Shown: one piece after another, positions 15,876-23,903 of the stretch
Layout of the letters: each line of letters starts with the position of its first letter
How positions within the stretch are numbered: the stretch's first letter is position 1
IMG/VR virus record: IMGVR_UViG_3300017685_000004
Location: 1 to 40,216 of that record
DNA length: 40,216 nucleotides
Reading direction: 5' to 3' (one strand)
From: a virus
Program-made: the position numbers and the translations under genes
Notes under the pieces: model-generated
The model's input: the letters and a program-made list of their open reading frames with translations, nothing else
Databases searched by the model: none
Told to the model about the DNA's origin: nothing

Positions 15876-17003
15876 TCATGCTGCGATCCTCTCTTGCTTG
15901 ATGGTATCGACCATCTGGATGCGTTCGCCGATCCAGCGCATCACCGGCACGGCCATACTGTTGCCCAGCGCCTTGTACCGCGGCCCGTCCGCCATCGGCT
16001 TCCCTCGATGCGGGACCAGCGTGTAGTCGTCCGGGAAGCCTTGGAGACGTTCGCACTCGCGCGGGGTCAGGCGACGAACGGCGGCGCCCATCGCAACGGC
16101 AGGCGCATCGCCGCCGTCACCGGCAACTCTGAGGGTTCCACTGACATCGATGTTGCGACCGCTGTCGAAAGACTGGTTGCTGTAGAACATAGTCGGCACC
16201 AGTGGTGTACCCCGGCCGGTCCCATCCTCGCTTGCGTCGAACCCCTCACCGCGAAGAGCATGTGTAATCATCGCGTGGGGCTTATCCCCTCCACCACCGC
16301 TTGCCCGCAAAGCATGCGCGATTTCATCGCCTAATTCAGCGGTGCCGCCATCCTCTCGGCCACGAAGTGCAACGCTTCGAACAGCGCGGTAGGAAGCTCC
16401 TTCGCTCGCTTCTCTGCGCGGCGCAGGATTCCCCGACAGGCTGTGGCGCTCAGAAAGTACCGCTGCGGCACCTCGCCAGTCTCCAGCACATCCGACAACG
16501 AACACGCGTCTGCGGCGCTGTGGAACTCCGAAGAACTGAGCGTCCAGAACTCGGTAGGCGAACCCATACCCGAGTTCCCCCAGCCCCCCGAGGATGGCGC
16601 CAAACGCCCTTCCTCCGTCGATCGACAGGACGCCGGGGACGTTCTCCCAGACCACCCAGCGGGGCCGTGTGCGATCAGCAAGCCGGAGAAACTCAAGCGA
16701 GAGGTTGCCACGGTCGCCGCCCAGTCCCGCTCGGAGGCCAGCGACGGAGAAGTCCTGACAGGGGGTTCCGCCCACGAGAAGGTCGATTGGTCCATATTCG
16801 TCACCTCGAATGGTGGTGAAGTCGCCATGCAGTGGCGTGTCGGGATAGTGGTGGGCTAGGACCGCGCGAGGCGCTGGCTCTATCTCGCTGTAGGCCGCGG
16901 CCTCCCAACCGAGCGGCTTCCATGCGACGGTGCTAGCGCTGATGCCTGCGCATACGTCGAGGTAGCGCATCGGCGGACTGCTGGCGTATAGTGCGTTAGC
17001 CAT
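15876..17003 (-). CDS. DNA (cytosine-5)-methyltransferase, with no partner endonuclease recognised
   Basis: Motifs I DVCAGIS, IV GGTPCQDFSVAG, VI ENVPG, VIII QRRRRVFVVG, plus TPRECERLQGFP and GNSMAVPV. ATG 17003 lies 5 nt after GGAGGG; the track start at 17015 is a TTG. Confidence 0.9.
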   Translation of the reverse strand: MANALYASSPPMRYLDVCAGISASTVAWKPLGWEAAAYSEIEPAPRAVLAHHYPDTPLHGDFTTIRGDEYGPIDLLVGGTPCQDFSVAGLRAGLGGDRGNLSLEFLRLADRTRPRWVVWENVPGVLSIDGGRAFGAILGGLGELGYGFAYRVLDAQFFGVPQRRRRVFVVGCAGDWRGAAAVLSERHSLSGNPAPRREASEGASYRAVRSVALRGREDGGTAELGDEIAHALRASGGGGDKPHAMITHALRGEGFDASEDGTGRGTPLVPTMFYSNQSFDSGRNIDVSGTLRVAGDGGDAPAVAMGAAVRRLTPRECERLQGFPDDYTLVPHRGKPMADGPRYKALGNSMAVPVMRWIGERIQMVDTIKQERIAA

Positions 17004-17028
17004 GTGACCCTCCAACGGTCAGGTGGTG

Positions 17029-17069
17029 GGGCGTGGTCGATTGCAGTCGGCCGCGCCCTTTTTGGTTTT
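17029..17069 (+). terminator. Strong intrinsic terminator on the + strand
   Basis: The 12-bp stem GGGCGTGGTCGA/TCGGCCGCGCCC contains two G-U pairs. The loop is TTGCAG, followed by TTTTTGGTTTT. On the - strand the wobbles become C-A mismatches and no U tract follows. Confidence 0.6.
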
Positions 17070-17115
17070 CCACTCCACTCGCTGTCAGAGGTGCATTTCG
17101 CCGGGGGTTTTCCAC
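17064..17115. repeat. Two direct GGTTTTCCAC repeats (17064..17073 and 17106..17115); a third copy CGTTTTCCAC lies at 17204..17213
   Basis: Exact 10-mers 42 bp apart in the int-proximal gap. The third copy and a degenerate fourth (17234..17244) lie in the int 3' end. These are candidate arm-type recombinase sites. Confidence 0.4.
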
Positions 17116-17186
17116 GCCTTCATGGTGTCGGTCGCGGTTGCCTGCGGTGTAAGGTTTCTTGACAGGTAAGTAGAACGTCAGCTTTT

Positions 17187-18218
17187 CTAGCATTTGTCGG
17201 CTCCGTTTTCCACTGTTTTGTACGTTCGCGGTGCGTTCTCCCACTGCGAAAAGGCATCATCAGCGAGCCGCGCCACGTCTCTTTTGCGGGCGTAATGCTC
17301 GACCATCTGCAGGCTCTGCCGGGATACAGCGGCCGTCTGCGCGACGGTGCATCCCGCCTCCAGAAGTGCATTGACTGCGTTCTTTCGCAACCCATGCGGC
17401 ACGGTCTTGACGCCAAGTCCGGCGGTGAATGTCTGCAGCACATGCCGCGCAGCCGCTTCGTCCATCGGCTTGCCATCGCGGGTGCAGATCACGTCATGAT
17501 CGTGGGGCCGATCCTGCAGCACTGCTCGCAGAGCGGTGTGCTGGGGAATGTCCAGATCGGCCTTCGTCTTGCCGGTCCTGATGCGAACGCGCCCGCCTGC
17601 AAAGTCCGACCAGCGCATCCGTACCACGTCACCGATCCGCTGCGCCGTGTAGTAGAGCATATGCGACAACAGCCGCACGTTCGGGTCGCCGGAGGCGAGC
17701 GCGGCCTGCAGGACAGGCTCTGGCCACGGCGGGTGTTCATTGCCCTTGATCGGCGAAATGTCGTCGCAGGGATTTGACGTGACGTATTCCCGCGCCCTTG
17801 CCCATGAAAACATTGATCCTGCAGCGCGCAGTGTCGCGTTCATCGCGCCAGGCGTTTCCGCCATCTTGTCGAGCAGACGCTGCATATGCCCGCGCGTGAC
17901 TTCTGCGGCCGGCGCGGTGGGCATCTGGTGCGCCAACCGGGTCAGATAGATGCCGTACACCTTCTTGGTCGCATCAGACAGCTTCGCGTATTCTGCAGAC
18001 CGCTCGAACAGGTCGATCAGCTTCGGGATGCGCATCAGGTCCGGGGCGCGGCCGCGATTGCGGTGGCCCATCAGCGCGGCGTAGCTGCCGCCAAAGCCGG
18101 GGTCGCGCAGATCGGGTAGGCGCGTATAGACCTTCTTGCCGTCGACCCGCTTGCCGGTGTCGAAGTAGTAATAGACCTTGCCTTTCGAGCGGACACGTTT
18201 GACGTACTTAGGCAGCAA
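17187..18218 (-). CDS. int: Tyrosine integrase
   Basis: Catalytic signature YTAQRIGDV (Arg), PHGLRKNA (H-x-x-R) and VEHYAR (Tyr). TTG start, overlapped by 11 nt with xis. Confidence 0.9.
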   Translation of the reverse strand: MLPKYVKRVRSKGKVYYYFDTGKRVDGKKVYTRLPDLRDPGFGGSYAALMGHRNRGRAPDLMRIPKLIDLFERSAEYAKLSDATKKVYGIYLTRLAHQMPTAPAAEVTRGHMQRLLDKMAETPGAMNATLRAAGSMFSWARAREYVTSNPCDDISPIKGNEHPPWPEPVLQAALASGDPNVRLLSHMLYYTAQRIGDVVRMRWSDFAGGRVRIRTGKTKADLDIPQHTALRAVLQDRPHDHDVICTRDGKPMDEAAARHVLQTFTAGLGVKTVPHGLRKNAVNALLEAGCTVAQTAAVSRQSLQMVEHYARKRDVARLADDAFSQWENAPRTYKTVENGADKC

Positions 18219-18444
18219 GGCCCGGTTGATCCTTTTCCCAATCGTAGGCGCGGCCCGACAGGCGGTTGATGTCCTCGTCTATCGCGGCGCGGTCCCAATG
18301 ATCCTCTCCCCCGATACGAACCGGCAGAGGCAAGCGGCCAATCGCGACCTCCTGCAGGAATTTGGCCGGCGCCATGTCGCAGTACCGGGCTGCAGTCGAT
18401 CGCCGCATGAGGCGCGGCCAGTCAGGCGCAGCACTACCCATCAT
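18208..18444 (-). CDS. xis: Excisionase / AlpA-like HTH protein
   Basis: RSTAARYCDMAPAKFLQEVAIGRLPLPVRIGGEDHWDRAAID fits the excisionase-family HTH pattern. The ATG follows GAGGGGGGA with an ATGA overlap. It lies directly upstream of int. Confidence 0.65.
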   Translation of the reverse strand: MMGSAAPDWPRLMRRSTAARYCDMAPAKFLQEVAIGRLPLPVRIGGEDHWDRAAIDEDINRLSGRAYDWEKDQPGLAA

Positions 18445-18725
18445 TCCCCCCTCTCGCGGATGGCGGCAGGCGCCGCATTGGTGAAAGACGGAACACGGTG
18501 GCGCAGATCGTCCATCAGGCTGCTGATGACCCGAAGCCGGACCCTGCACATTTCTGCATCGGCATCCCGGCCCTGTTCTTCGGCCAAGTCCTTTGCGGCC
18601 TTCGTGCGGTGGCGGTGGCGCTGCACTGTGGACATCACATCTGCCCTGCGGAAGATGATTGCCCCCGTTTGTGCGACCTTCTCCACCAGCGCGTCATCCG
18701 TCACAGGCACCCTCGCCTTGGTCAT
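18441..18725 (-). CDS. Hypothetical protein (94 aa)
   Basis: ATGA overlaps at both ends. Confidence 0.5.
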   Translation of the reverse strand: MTKARVPVTDDALVEKVAQTGAIIFRRADVMSTVQRHRHRTKAAKDLAEEQGRDADAEMCRVRLRVISSLMDDLRHRVPSFTNAAPAAIRERGE

Positions 18726-18901
18726 GACTGGTCACCTCGAATAAGCGCCGCGATGCGCAGAGCATCCTCCAGCGTGGCTTTGACATTGCGGAGAGGAATG
18801 CCCTTAGCGATCTGATCGCGGACGATCCCCGCCAAGCCAGCGTCAATGACCATCACATGGCCAATGAAAGCGGCTTCCTCATCGGTAGGCTCCCAGGCCA
18901 T
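18722..18901 (-). CDS. Hypothetical protein (59 aa)
   Basis: The internal ATG of the track ORF follows GGGAGGGGGA. TGATG overlap with the upstream gene. Confidence 0.45.
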   Translation of the reverse strand: MAWEPTDEEAAFIGHVMVIDAGLAGIVRDQIAKGIPLRNVKATLEDALRIAALIRGDQS

Positions 18902-19080
18902 CACGCTCCCCCTCCCTTGTCGTCGTCTTGATCGGTGGGGGTGGCGGGCCTGTCCTGATCCCACATTTGCCCGATGATCGTGACATTCAGTGCCGAAATC
19001 ATCTCGGCGGTCAGATGGCATCCTGTGCTCCGGCTAAAGGCTCGCCTCATGCGGTCGAGCGCATCGTGTGCCTCTTTCAT
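18901..19080 (-). CDS. Hypothetical protein (59 aa, below the ORF-track cutoff)
   Basis: ATG after GGGAGGAAGC. Translation is MKEAHDALDRMRRAFSRSTGCHLTAEMISALNVTIIGQMWDQDRPATPTDQDDDKGGGA. It fills an otherwise unexplained gap and overlaps both neighbours. Confidence 0.45.
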   Translation of the reverse strand: MKEAHDALDRMRRAFSRSTGCHLTAEMISALNVTIIGQMWDQDRPATPTDQDDDKGGGA

Positions 19081-19541
19081 GCTTCCTCCCCCGCCCCATC
19101 GGTCGCGGGTGCGCTGGGAGCGGCGGATAGGGCAGCGCTATAAGCATCCCACGCGATTTGCTTCTTGTCGGCATAGGTCGCGAGAGTGCGATTGTGCTGC
19201 GGATGCGATGCCCACCACGCTTCGAAGCGGTCCGGCAAATCCCCCTCCGCAATCGCAGGTTCGCCCGACGGGGCGGCGCGGGATAGGGCGGCGCGAGCGG
19301 CATCACCAAGGGGGCCACTAACCCCGGAGAGATCGGATGCCTCAACCACCATTCGCGCGACTTCTCGTAGCGCTGCCAAATCCACGTCCGCTGTAGCAGG
19401 CTCGCGGGCGAGGGACTGGCAGATCGTCTCCCATTCCGGACGCTTCAGGATCACGCGGTCGTAATCCTCGCCAATCTGGTCAATGATCTGCTGGCGGATG
19501 GAAGCCTCCACCCCCTCGCCGATCTTGCTATGCTGGGTCAT
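19077..19541 (-). CDS. Hypothetical protein (154 aa)
   Basis: TAATG and ATGA overlaps with its neighbours. Confidence 0.55.
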   Translation of the reverse strand: MTQHSKIGEGVEASIRQQIIDQIGEDYDRVILKRPEWETICQSLAREPATADVDLAALREVARMVVEASDLSGVSGPLGDAARAALSRAAPSGEPAIAEGDLPDRFEAWWASHPQHNRTLATYADKKQIAWDAYSAALSAAPSAPATDGAGEEA

Positions 19542-19999
19542 TAGGATGCTCCCAAAGTCAAAGCAGCGTCATCACGCTGCGATTGGGTGATGCTGGCGTA
19601 CTGATCGATCGCGTCACGCTCTAGGATGGCGATCTCGTCTGGATTGCCCTTCCTGACGTGCCAGCCACCATCGCGTGTGCCAGCGATCGACAGGGCTTCA
19701 GCGCGATTATATCGGCCGGCGCGGTCGATGAAGCGGGTGTAGCCGCACCGATCCTTGCCCCACCACGCCTGATGCTCATTCGACCAGACGAGGTACGCCT
19801 CCCGCAGCTTCTCGCTATCTGGCGCTAGGGTGGCGAATGCTTCACGGTGCTTGGCGAAAGCTTGGACCATCGCATAGTCGTCGCTAAAGCCATTCCGCAT
19901 ATCGGCTGCTACCCTGTCGCGAAGTCCAGGCTTGCCGCCCATAACTATGACAGCAGCCGCAGCCTCGCGATCCGCCTGGATCACGCTCACCTTATCCAA
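19541..19999 (-). CDS. Hypothetical protein (152 aa)
   Basis: Start and stop overlap the neighbouring genes. The composition is protein-like. Confidence 0.55.
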   Translation of the reverse strand: MDKVSVIQADREAAAAVIVMGGKPGLRDRVAADMRNGFSDDYAMVQAFAKHREAFATLAPDSEKLREAYLVWSNEHQAWWGKDRCGYTRFIDRAGRYNRAEALSIAGTRDGGWHVRKGNPDEIAILERDAIDQYASITQSQRDDAALTLGAS

Positions 20000-20366
20000 T
20001 GCTTGTCTCCTTGGTGGAGTGGGCGCGGGCCTTCAGAGCCGCTGCGCAGAGAGCGAGGGGGGGCGTGGCGGCGAGGCAATGCTGTTGCTCGCTACCGACC
20101 CACCCATCCCGGACAGGCGGCATGACGCGTGCGAACGGGCCATCAATGTCGCTGCCGACCGCCCACAAGCTGTTGGTAGGCACCAACACACCGGCAGCAT
20201 CTAGCGAGGCGGTGTAGCGGTGGTTCTGGTCTTCCGGGTCCCAGAGATACGCGTGACCGGTCGGCAGCGTCCTCGTCATGATCCAGTAGTCTAGCCGGCG
20301 ATCCGGCCCCGTAGCCGCCATCAGCTCGTCCGCCAGCCGCAGCAGGTCTTGCGAGTCAGGCTTCAT
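19992..20366 (-). CDS. Hypothetical phage protein (124 aa)
   Basis: ATGA overlap. The N-terminal GPDRRLDYWIMTRTL pattern is seen in many small prophage proteins (recollection only). Confidence 0.5.
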   Translation of the reverse strand: MKPDSQDLLRLADELMAATGPDRRLDYWIMTRTLPTGHAYLWDPEDQNHRYTASLDAAGVLVPTNSLWAVGSDIDGPFARVMPPVRDGWVGSEQQHCLAATPPLALCAAALKARAHSTKETSIG

Positions 20367-20704
20367 GGCAGCGTGTCCTCAAATGTCGGGTGCTGCTCAC
20401 CGCGCAGCCGGATTGATCGCGCGTTCTCGCAGCCGATCATCTGCATCCGCAGGCCCAGATTATTGCCCGGCCCAAGCTGGTGCATCAGCCAGCCGACGCA
20501 GTGGACGCCCTCGGCGCTGTCATGCTCATGGCAGGCCATCACGCGGCCGGTGCTGCGAAGCGATCCCGGCTCGGCGATGGTATCCGCCAGCCCGCGATGC
20601 AGGTCGACGCTATAGCCGTTGGGAATGTCGTGCGGATCGGTCTCAACCCGCCACGGGCATTTCTCGCACTGGTGCGTACGCTTTAGTTTCCACGGCTTAC
20701 CCAT
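20363..20704 (-). CDS. Cys/His-rich conserved phage protein (CxxCPW motif)
   Basis: ATG 6 nt after AAGGAGG. Contains HQCEKCPWR and ACHEHDSAEGVHCVGW. The track form extended to 20842 is Pro/Ser/Arg-rich junk. Confidence 0.55.
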   Translation of the reverse strand: MGKPWKLKRTHQCEKCPWRVETDPHDIPNGYSVDLHRGLADTIAEPGSLRSTGRVMACHEHDSAEGVHCVGWLMHQLGPGNNLGLRMQMIGCENARSIRLRGEQHPTFEDTLP

Positions 20705-20987
20705 GAGACGCCTCCTTGGAGGTGGCGCGGGCGATTGCGGCGCGGGCGGCGTGCCATTCCTCGGTGAAGTCGCCGGGATGCTCGTCAAAGTCAGCGGGGA
20801 CCAACGCGACCAGCGCTGCCAGCATTTGCTTTGACGCGGCAATCAGTACCGCATCGTCACGCATGACACCGGCGCAGATCAGCGATAGCTTACCGTGATG
20901 AACGGCGACTACCTGCCGCTCTTTCTCAGTCCACGGCATCACCTTCCACTTGCCCGGCGTATGCCCTGCTACCGTACCCCCGGTCAT
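20697..20987 (-). CDS. Hypothetical protein (96 aa)
   Basis: The start was chosen at the ATGA overlap. An alternative ATG lies at 20999. Confidence 0.5.
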   Translation of the reverse strand: MTGGTVAGHTPGKWKVMPWTEKERQVVAVHHGKLSLICAGVMRDDAVLIAASKQMLAALVALVPADFDEHPGDFTEEWHAARAAIARATSKEASHG

Positions 20988-21187
20988 GATAGCCACCATG
21001 CGAACAGCGCCGCCCAGAAAGCGATGCCGACCAGCACCATCACCGCCCAGGTCAGCAGACGGCGCGGGCCGCTGAATTCCTCGGCGATCGGCAGGATGTC
21101 CTCCCTCTCCTGTACCGGGTGATAGACGGGGGTGTAGTGATCGCGGCCGATGTAGCGGATGCGGCGGGTGGAGAGATCATGGATCAT
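20984..21187 (-). CDS. Tail-anchored small membrane protein (67 aa)
   Basis: ATGA overlap. C-terminal helix LLTWAVMVLVGIAFWAALFAWWL. Confidence 0.5.
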   Translation of the reverse strand: MIHDLSTRRIRYIGRDHYTPVYHPVQEREDILPIAEEFSGPRRLLTWAVMVLVGIAFWAALFAWWLS

Positions 21188-21591
21188 GCTGCCTGCTCCT
21201 TCAAAAGTTCGGGGTCGCAGCCCAGCCACTCGGTAAGCAGCTTGACTGTATCGGAATGGAGGCGTTCGAAGTCGTCGCGGGACATGCTGGCGACGGCACG
21301 GCTATCCGGTTCAAACCGACGCTTGCCGTTGCGCAATTCGATGAACGAACCTCGGCGCAACGCCAGGGCAAGTTCATATTCCAATGCCTCGCGTGAGGAC
21401 CAAAGACCCGACGCTTCCTCGACGTTGTTGAGCATCGCGAAGTAGGCGCGGTGCTGTGCCATGTTGCGAGGCTTCCAAACCTCGAAGAAGGCCTCTCCAC
21501 CATCCTTGATCGTGGCCATCGCCTCACGGGCGGCGCGATCAGCGGGGACGATCGTCAGGCCGTTGCGGCGAAAGCGTGCTACCTCACGCAT
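21184..21591 (-). CDS. DUF1367-like phage protein
   Basis: PRNMAQHRAYFAMLNNV and RRFEPDSRAVASMSRDDFERL resemble the DUF1367 pattern RN..Hr.fFalLn ... P.S.sfasm...eF. ATG follows GGGAG. Confidence 0.5.
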   Translation of the reverse strand: MREVARFRRNGLTIVPADRAAREAMATIKDGGEAFFEVWKPRNMAQHRAYFAMLNNVEEASGLWSSREALEYELALALRRGSFIELRNGKRRFEPDSRAVASMSRDDFERLHSDTVKLLTEWLGCDPELLKEQAA

Positions 21592-21922
21592 TGGACCGCT
21601 CCCGTTGCTCTTGCTCGATTTGTGAGCGGCGCGGGCTGGCGGCAATGAAGGCGCGGATTAGCGCCTCCACGTCCCTGCCCTGCCAGAAGCTGCGCTCGCC
21701 AGTGTGCTGCTGCGTGTGGCAGTCCTTGCAGAGGCTGACTGTGCGCCAGTCGTCTGGCTTCTGACCCATGCCGGCACCGGAGCCGATGCGGACATGCGCC
21801 ACCTCGATCGGAGCCGTCGCACCGCATACTGAGCAAGCATGGTCACGGACGAAATTGCAGTGGGCCTGCGACCGCCAGCGGCTGGCGCGCTTCGGTTTTT
21901 TGGGGAGGCGAGCCGGGAGCAT
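21584..21922 (-). CDS. DUF968-like / HNH-type Cys-His protein
   Basis: CSVCG...EVAHVRIGSGAGMGQKPDDWRTVSLCKDCHTQQHTGE. The ATG follows GGAGGGGAG with a TGATG overlap. The longer track form is rejected. Confidence 0.5.
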   Translation of the reverse strand: MLPARLPKKPKRASRWRSQAHCNFVRDHACSVCGATAPIEVAHVRIGSGAGMGQKPDDWRTVSLCKDCHTQQHTGERSFWQGRDVEALIRAFIAASPRRSQIEQEQRERSNA

Positions 21923-22107
21923 CACGACTCCCCTCCAAAAAGGATGGCCCGCACCTGCGGGATCGGCCGGCGAAGGCGCGAAGCCATGTCGCTGACCGTA
22001 TCCCCATTGCGCAGCCACCCGGCCAAGGCGACCTGTTCCGCGAACAGGACCGGCGTGTCGCGGCGTTCTGCATAGGCGCCGGAGCGCCGCTGGTGGAGCC
22101 ATGCCAT
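21922..22107 (-). CDS. Small HTH-like protein (61 aa)
   Basis: GWLRNGDTVSDMASRLRRPIPQVRAIL is helix-turn-helix-like. TGATG overlaps at both ends. Confidence 0.45.
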   Translation of the reverse strand: MAWLHQRRSGAYAERRDTPVLFAEQVALAGWLRNGDTVSDMASRLRRPIPQVRAILFGGES

Positions 22108-22979
22108 CACGCATTCCCCGCAAGCTCGCGCTGCTTGCGCGAGATCACGTCGCAGAGGCCATCATGCTGTGTGCCGTCCTTCGTGTACCCGTCCCACCAC
22201 GACGGGAGCGCTTCACGAAGCTGGCGGATGATGTCAGTGCCGTCCGCCAGCACCATGTCCAACTGATCGACATCGCCGCAGCCTTCGACATCGCGCCACA
22301 GGGCGCGCCCCATCGTCTTCAGCGCAGTCTTGTTCTGCGCCGGCCCTTGCGGGAACGGGCGGTCGCCGGGCGCTTCGTGAACCTGCACAGACACCGCGCC
22401 AAGGCCGTCGTCGTCTTCACCGCCGGTTGTGATGTTGAGCAACGCCAGCGCCGTGTAGCGCTTGCCGTAGGACGTGCTTGACCCGATCGCCTGTACGGCG
22501 TTCTTGGAGCCGCTGCTATCGTGCGGCAGGATCATCGTGGTTTCTTCGGAATGTCCGGCACGATGCGACAGAACTGCCGTTACGGTGACGCGACCGTCCG
22601 AATGCAGGCCAGTGCGGAAGAACAGTGAAAAGCCATGTTCTGCCAGCAGGGGGCGGATCGCCTCGTTGATGTCCTCCCAAAGCGCGAACGGGGTGTCCTG
22701 CTGCACCTCTCCATCACGCTTACCATTGGCCGTCTTTTCACGAACGATGATCCGGCCGCGCTCGCTGATCTTGGGCATCTTGGGCTGCATCGTCGCCAGA
22801 GCGTCGGCGAACACCGCCTTAGCTTCACGGGCCTGCACGCGCTCGTACATCGCCATCAGCCGTTCCATCTTGTCGATGTCGGTGTTGGGATCGCGGGCGC
22901 CGCGCTCGATTATGGCAAGTATGCTTTCACCCTGCCCGACGACGTTCGTTGGTTCGATCTTGGTCGCGATAGCGTTCAC
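22107..22979 (-). CDS. erf: ERF-family single-strand annealing recombinase
   Basis: AVQAIGSSTSYGKRYTALALLNITTGGEDDDG matches the ERF signature G...SY.+RY.l..lLgi..eDDD. GTG start after AGGAGGA. Confidence 0.8.
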   Translation of the reverse strand: MNAIATKIEPTNVVGQGESILAIIERGARDPNTDIDKMERLMAMYERVQAREAKAVFADALATMQPKMPKISERGRIIVREKTANGKRDGEVQQDTPFALWEDINEAIRPLLAEHGFSLFFRTGLHSDGRVTVTAVLSHRAGHSEETTMILPHDSSGSKNAVQAIGSSTSYGKRYTALALLNITTGGEDDDGLGAVSVQVHEAPGDRPFPQGPAQNKTALKTMGRALWRDVEGCGDVDQLDMVLADGTDIIRQLREALPSWWDGYTKDGTQHDGLCDVISRKQRELAGNA

Positions 22980-23161
22980 TGCATGTCCTCCTGCGCCCAG
23001 CGGGCGACATCATCGTCAAGGCCAGCACAGGCGACGGTGATCGCGTCGCTATTAGATGCCAGCCATTGCATTGCGGGGGTGGTGGAAGCGTCCAGACGGA
23101 TTGTGGCGCTGATGGCCTCGTACCGCTGCGCGTCTGCGATTGGGGCTGGGGCGTGGATCAT
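22976..23161 (-). CDS. Hypothetical protein (61 aa)
   Basis: ATGA and GTGA overlaps with its neighbours. Confidence 0.45.
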   Translation of the reverse strand: MIHAPAPIADAQRYEAISATIRLDASTTPAMQWLASNSDAITVACAGLDDDVARWAQEDMQ

Positions 23162-23406
23162 GCCGCCTGCTCCTGTTTAGTCGCGAGACGATCAGCCGTC
23201 AGATTGGCGATCATGTCCGCGAACATGACGAAGGTGTTGCGGCCGTCCGAGTGCGGCTTGTAAAAGTCAGCGTACCGGCGCGCTTCGGCTTCCAGATACG
23301 CGGTGACAGCCATGATCGCCGCCACAGCCGCCTTCTCGCCGTACTGCTCCATGCCACCGACAGTGCAGTGGTCGAGGTACAGGGCGCGGGTTTGGGCGGG
23401 CGTCAT
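23158..23406 (-). CDS. Hypothetical protein (82 aa)
   Basis: The start was chosen at the ATGA overlap. The longer track form overlaps the upstream gene. Confidence 0.45.
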   Translation of the reverse strand: MTPAQTRALYLDHCTVGGMEQYGEKAAVAAIMAVTAYLEAEARRYADFYKPHSDGRNTFVMFADMIANLTADRLATKQEQAA

Positions 23407-23903
23407 GCCGCTGCGCTCCGGCGAGCATTGCACACCATAACGACTTGCCGCGCCTGCGCAGCCGTCATCATGCCGATGTGGCATTGCTCAGACGGCAAGC
23501 CCATCTGATCGCTAAGCCAGCGATAGGCTTCGTGCCTGTCCATGCCGCCCGACCGCCAGAGCGGGTCAAAGACAGCATGGGCGTTATTGCGGGCGCGGCG
23601 CGTCTCAGGGCCAGCCGGATAGCCAAGCGGGCGCGTGGTCGAGCCGTGACAGCCGCAGTAAGCGCCGCACGCGCAGAGCCAGAATCGCTTGCCGTAAAGG
23701 TCGGAGCGATGCGGATAGATGCGCGCTCCGCCGACGATATTGGCGATCGCGCCGCACTCGATGCAGGCAGGATCGTCCGTGGGAACGGGCAGCGCGGCGG
23801 TCAGCGGTATGCCGTGGCTATCCCGGCGGTGATCTGCGAGCGCGGCCTCGGACTTATACCGGCGGTCGCACAGATCGCACGGGTATGGCTTGAGCGCGCT
23901 CAT
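23403..23903 (-). CDS. Zinc-finger protein: N-terminal C2H2 finger plus a DUF3268-like zinc ribbon
   Basis: YPCDLCDRRYKSEAALADHRRDSH is a C2H2 finger. CIECG...IYPHRSDLYGKRFWLCACGAYCGCH...RRARNNAHAVFDPLW...AYRWL...CHIG follows the DUF3268 pattern. Confidence 0.6.
   Translation of the reverse strand: MSALKPYPCDLCDRRYKSEAALADHRRDSHGIPLTAALPVPTDDPACIECGAIANIVGGARIYPHRSDLYGKRFWLCACGAYCGCHGSTTRPLGYPAGPETRRARNNAHAVFDPLWRSGGMDRHEAYRWLSDQMGLPSEQCHIGMMTAAQARQVVMVCNARRSAAA

Noticed and set aside
17016-17186. A tRNA gene fragment at the candidate attP (also looked for in 13324..13758)
   Set aside because: There is no T-loop-like GGTTCGAATCC-type sequence or acceptor/CCA-like end on either strand. The prominent hairpin is terminator-like, not cloverleaf-like.
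20705-20842. N-terminal extensions offered by the ORF track for several - strand genes (for example 20363..20842, 21584..22123, 21184..21645, 14014..14376, 18208..18549, 18722..19021)
   Set aside because: The extensions lie inside the preceding gene in another frame and are Pro/Arg/Ser/Ala-rich. The internal starts chosen have strong SDs and form ATGA/TGATG junctions.
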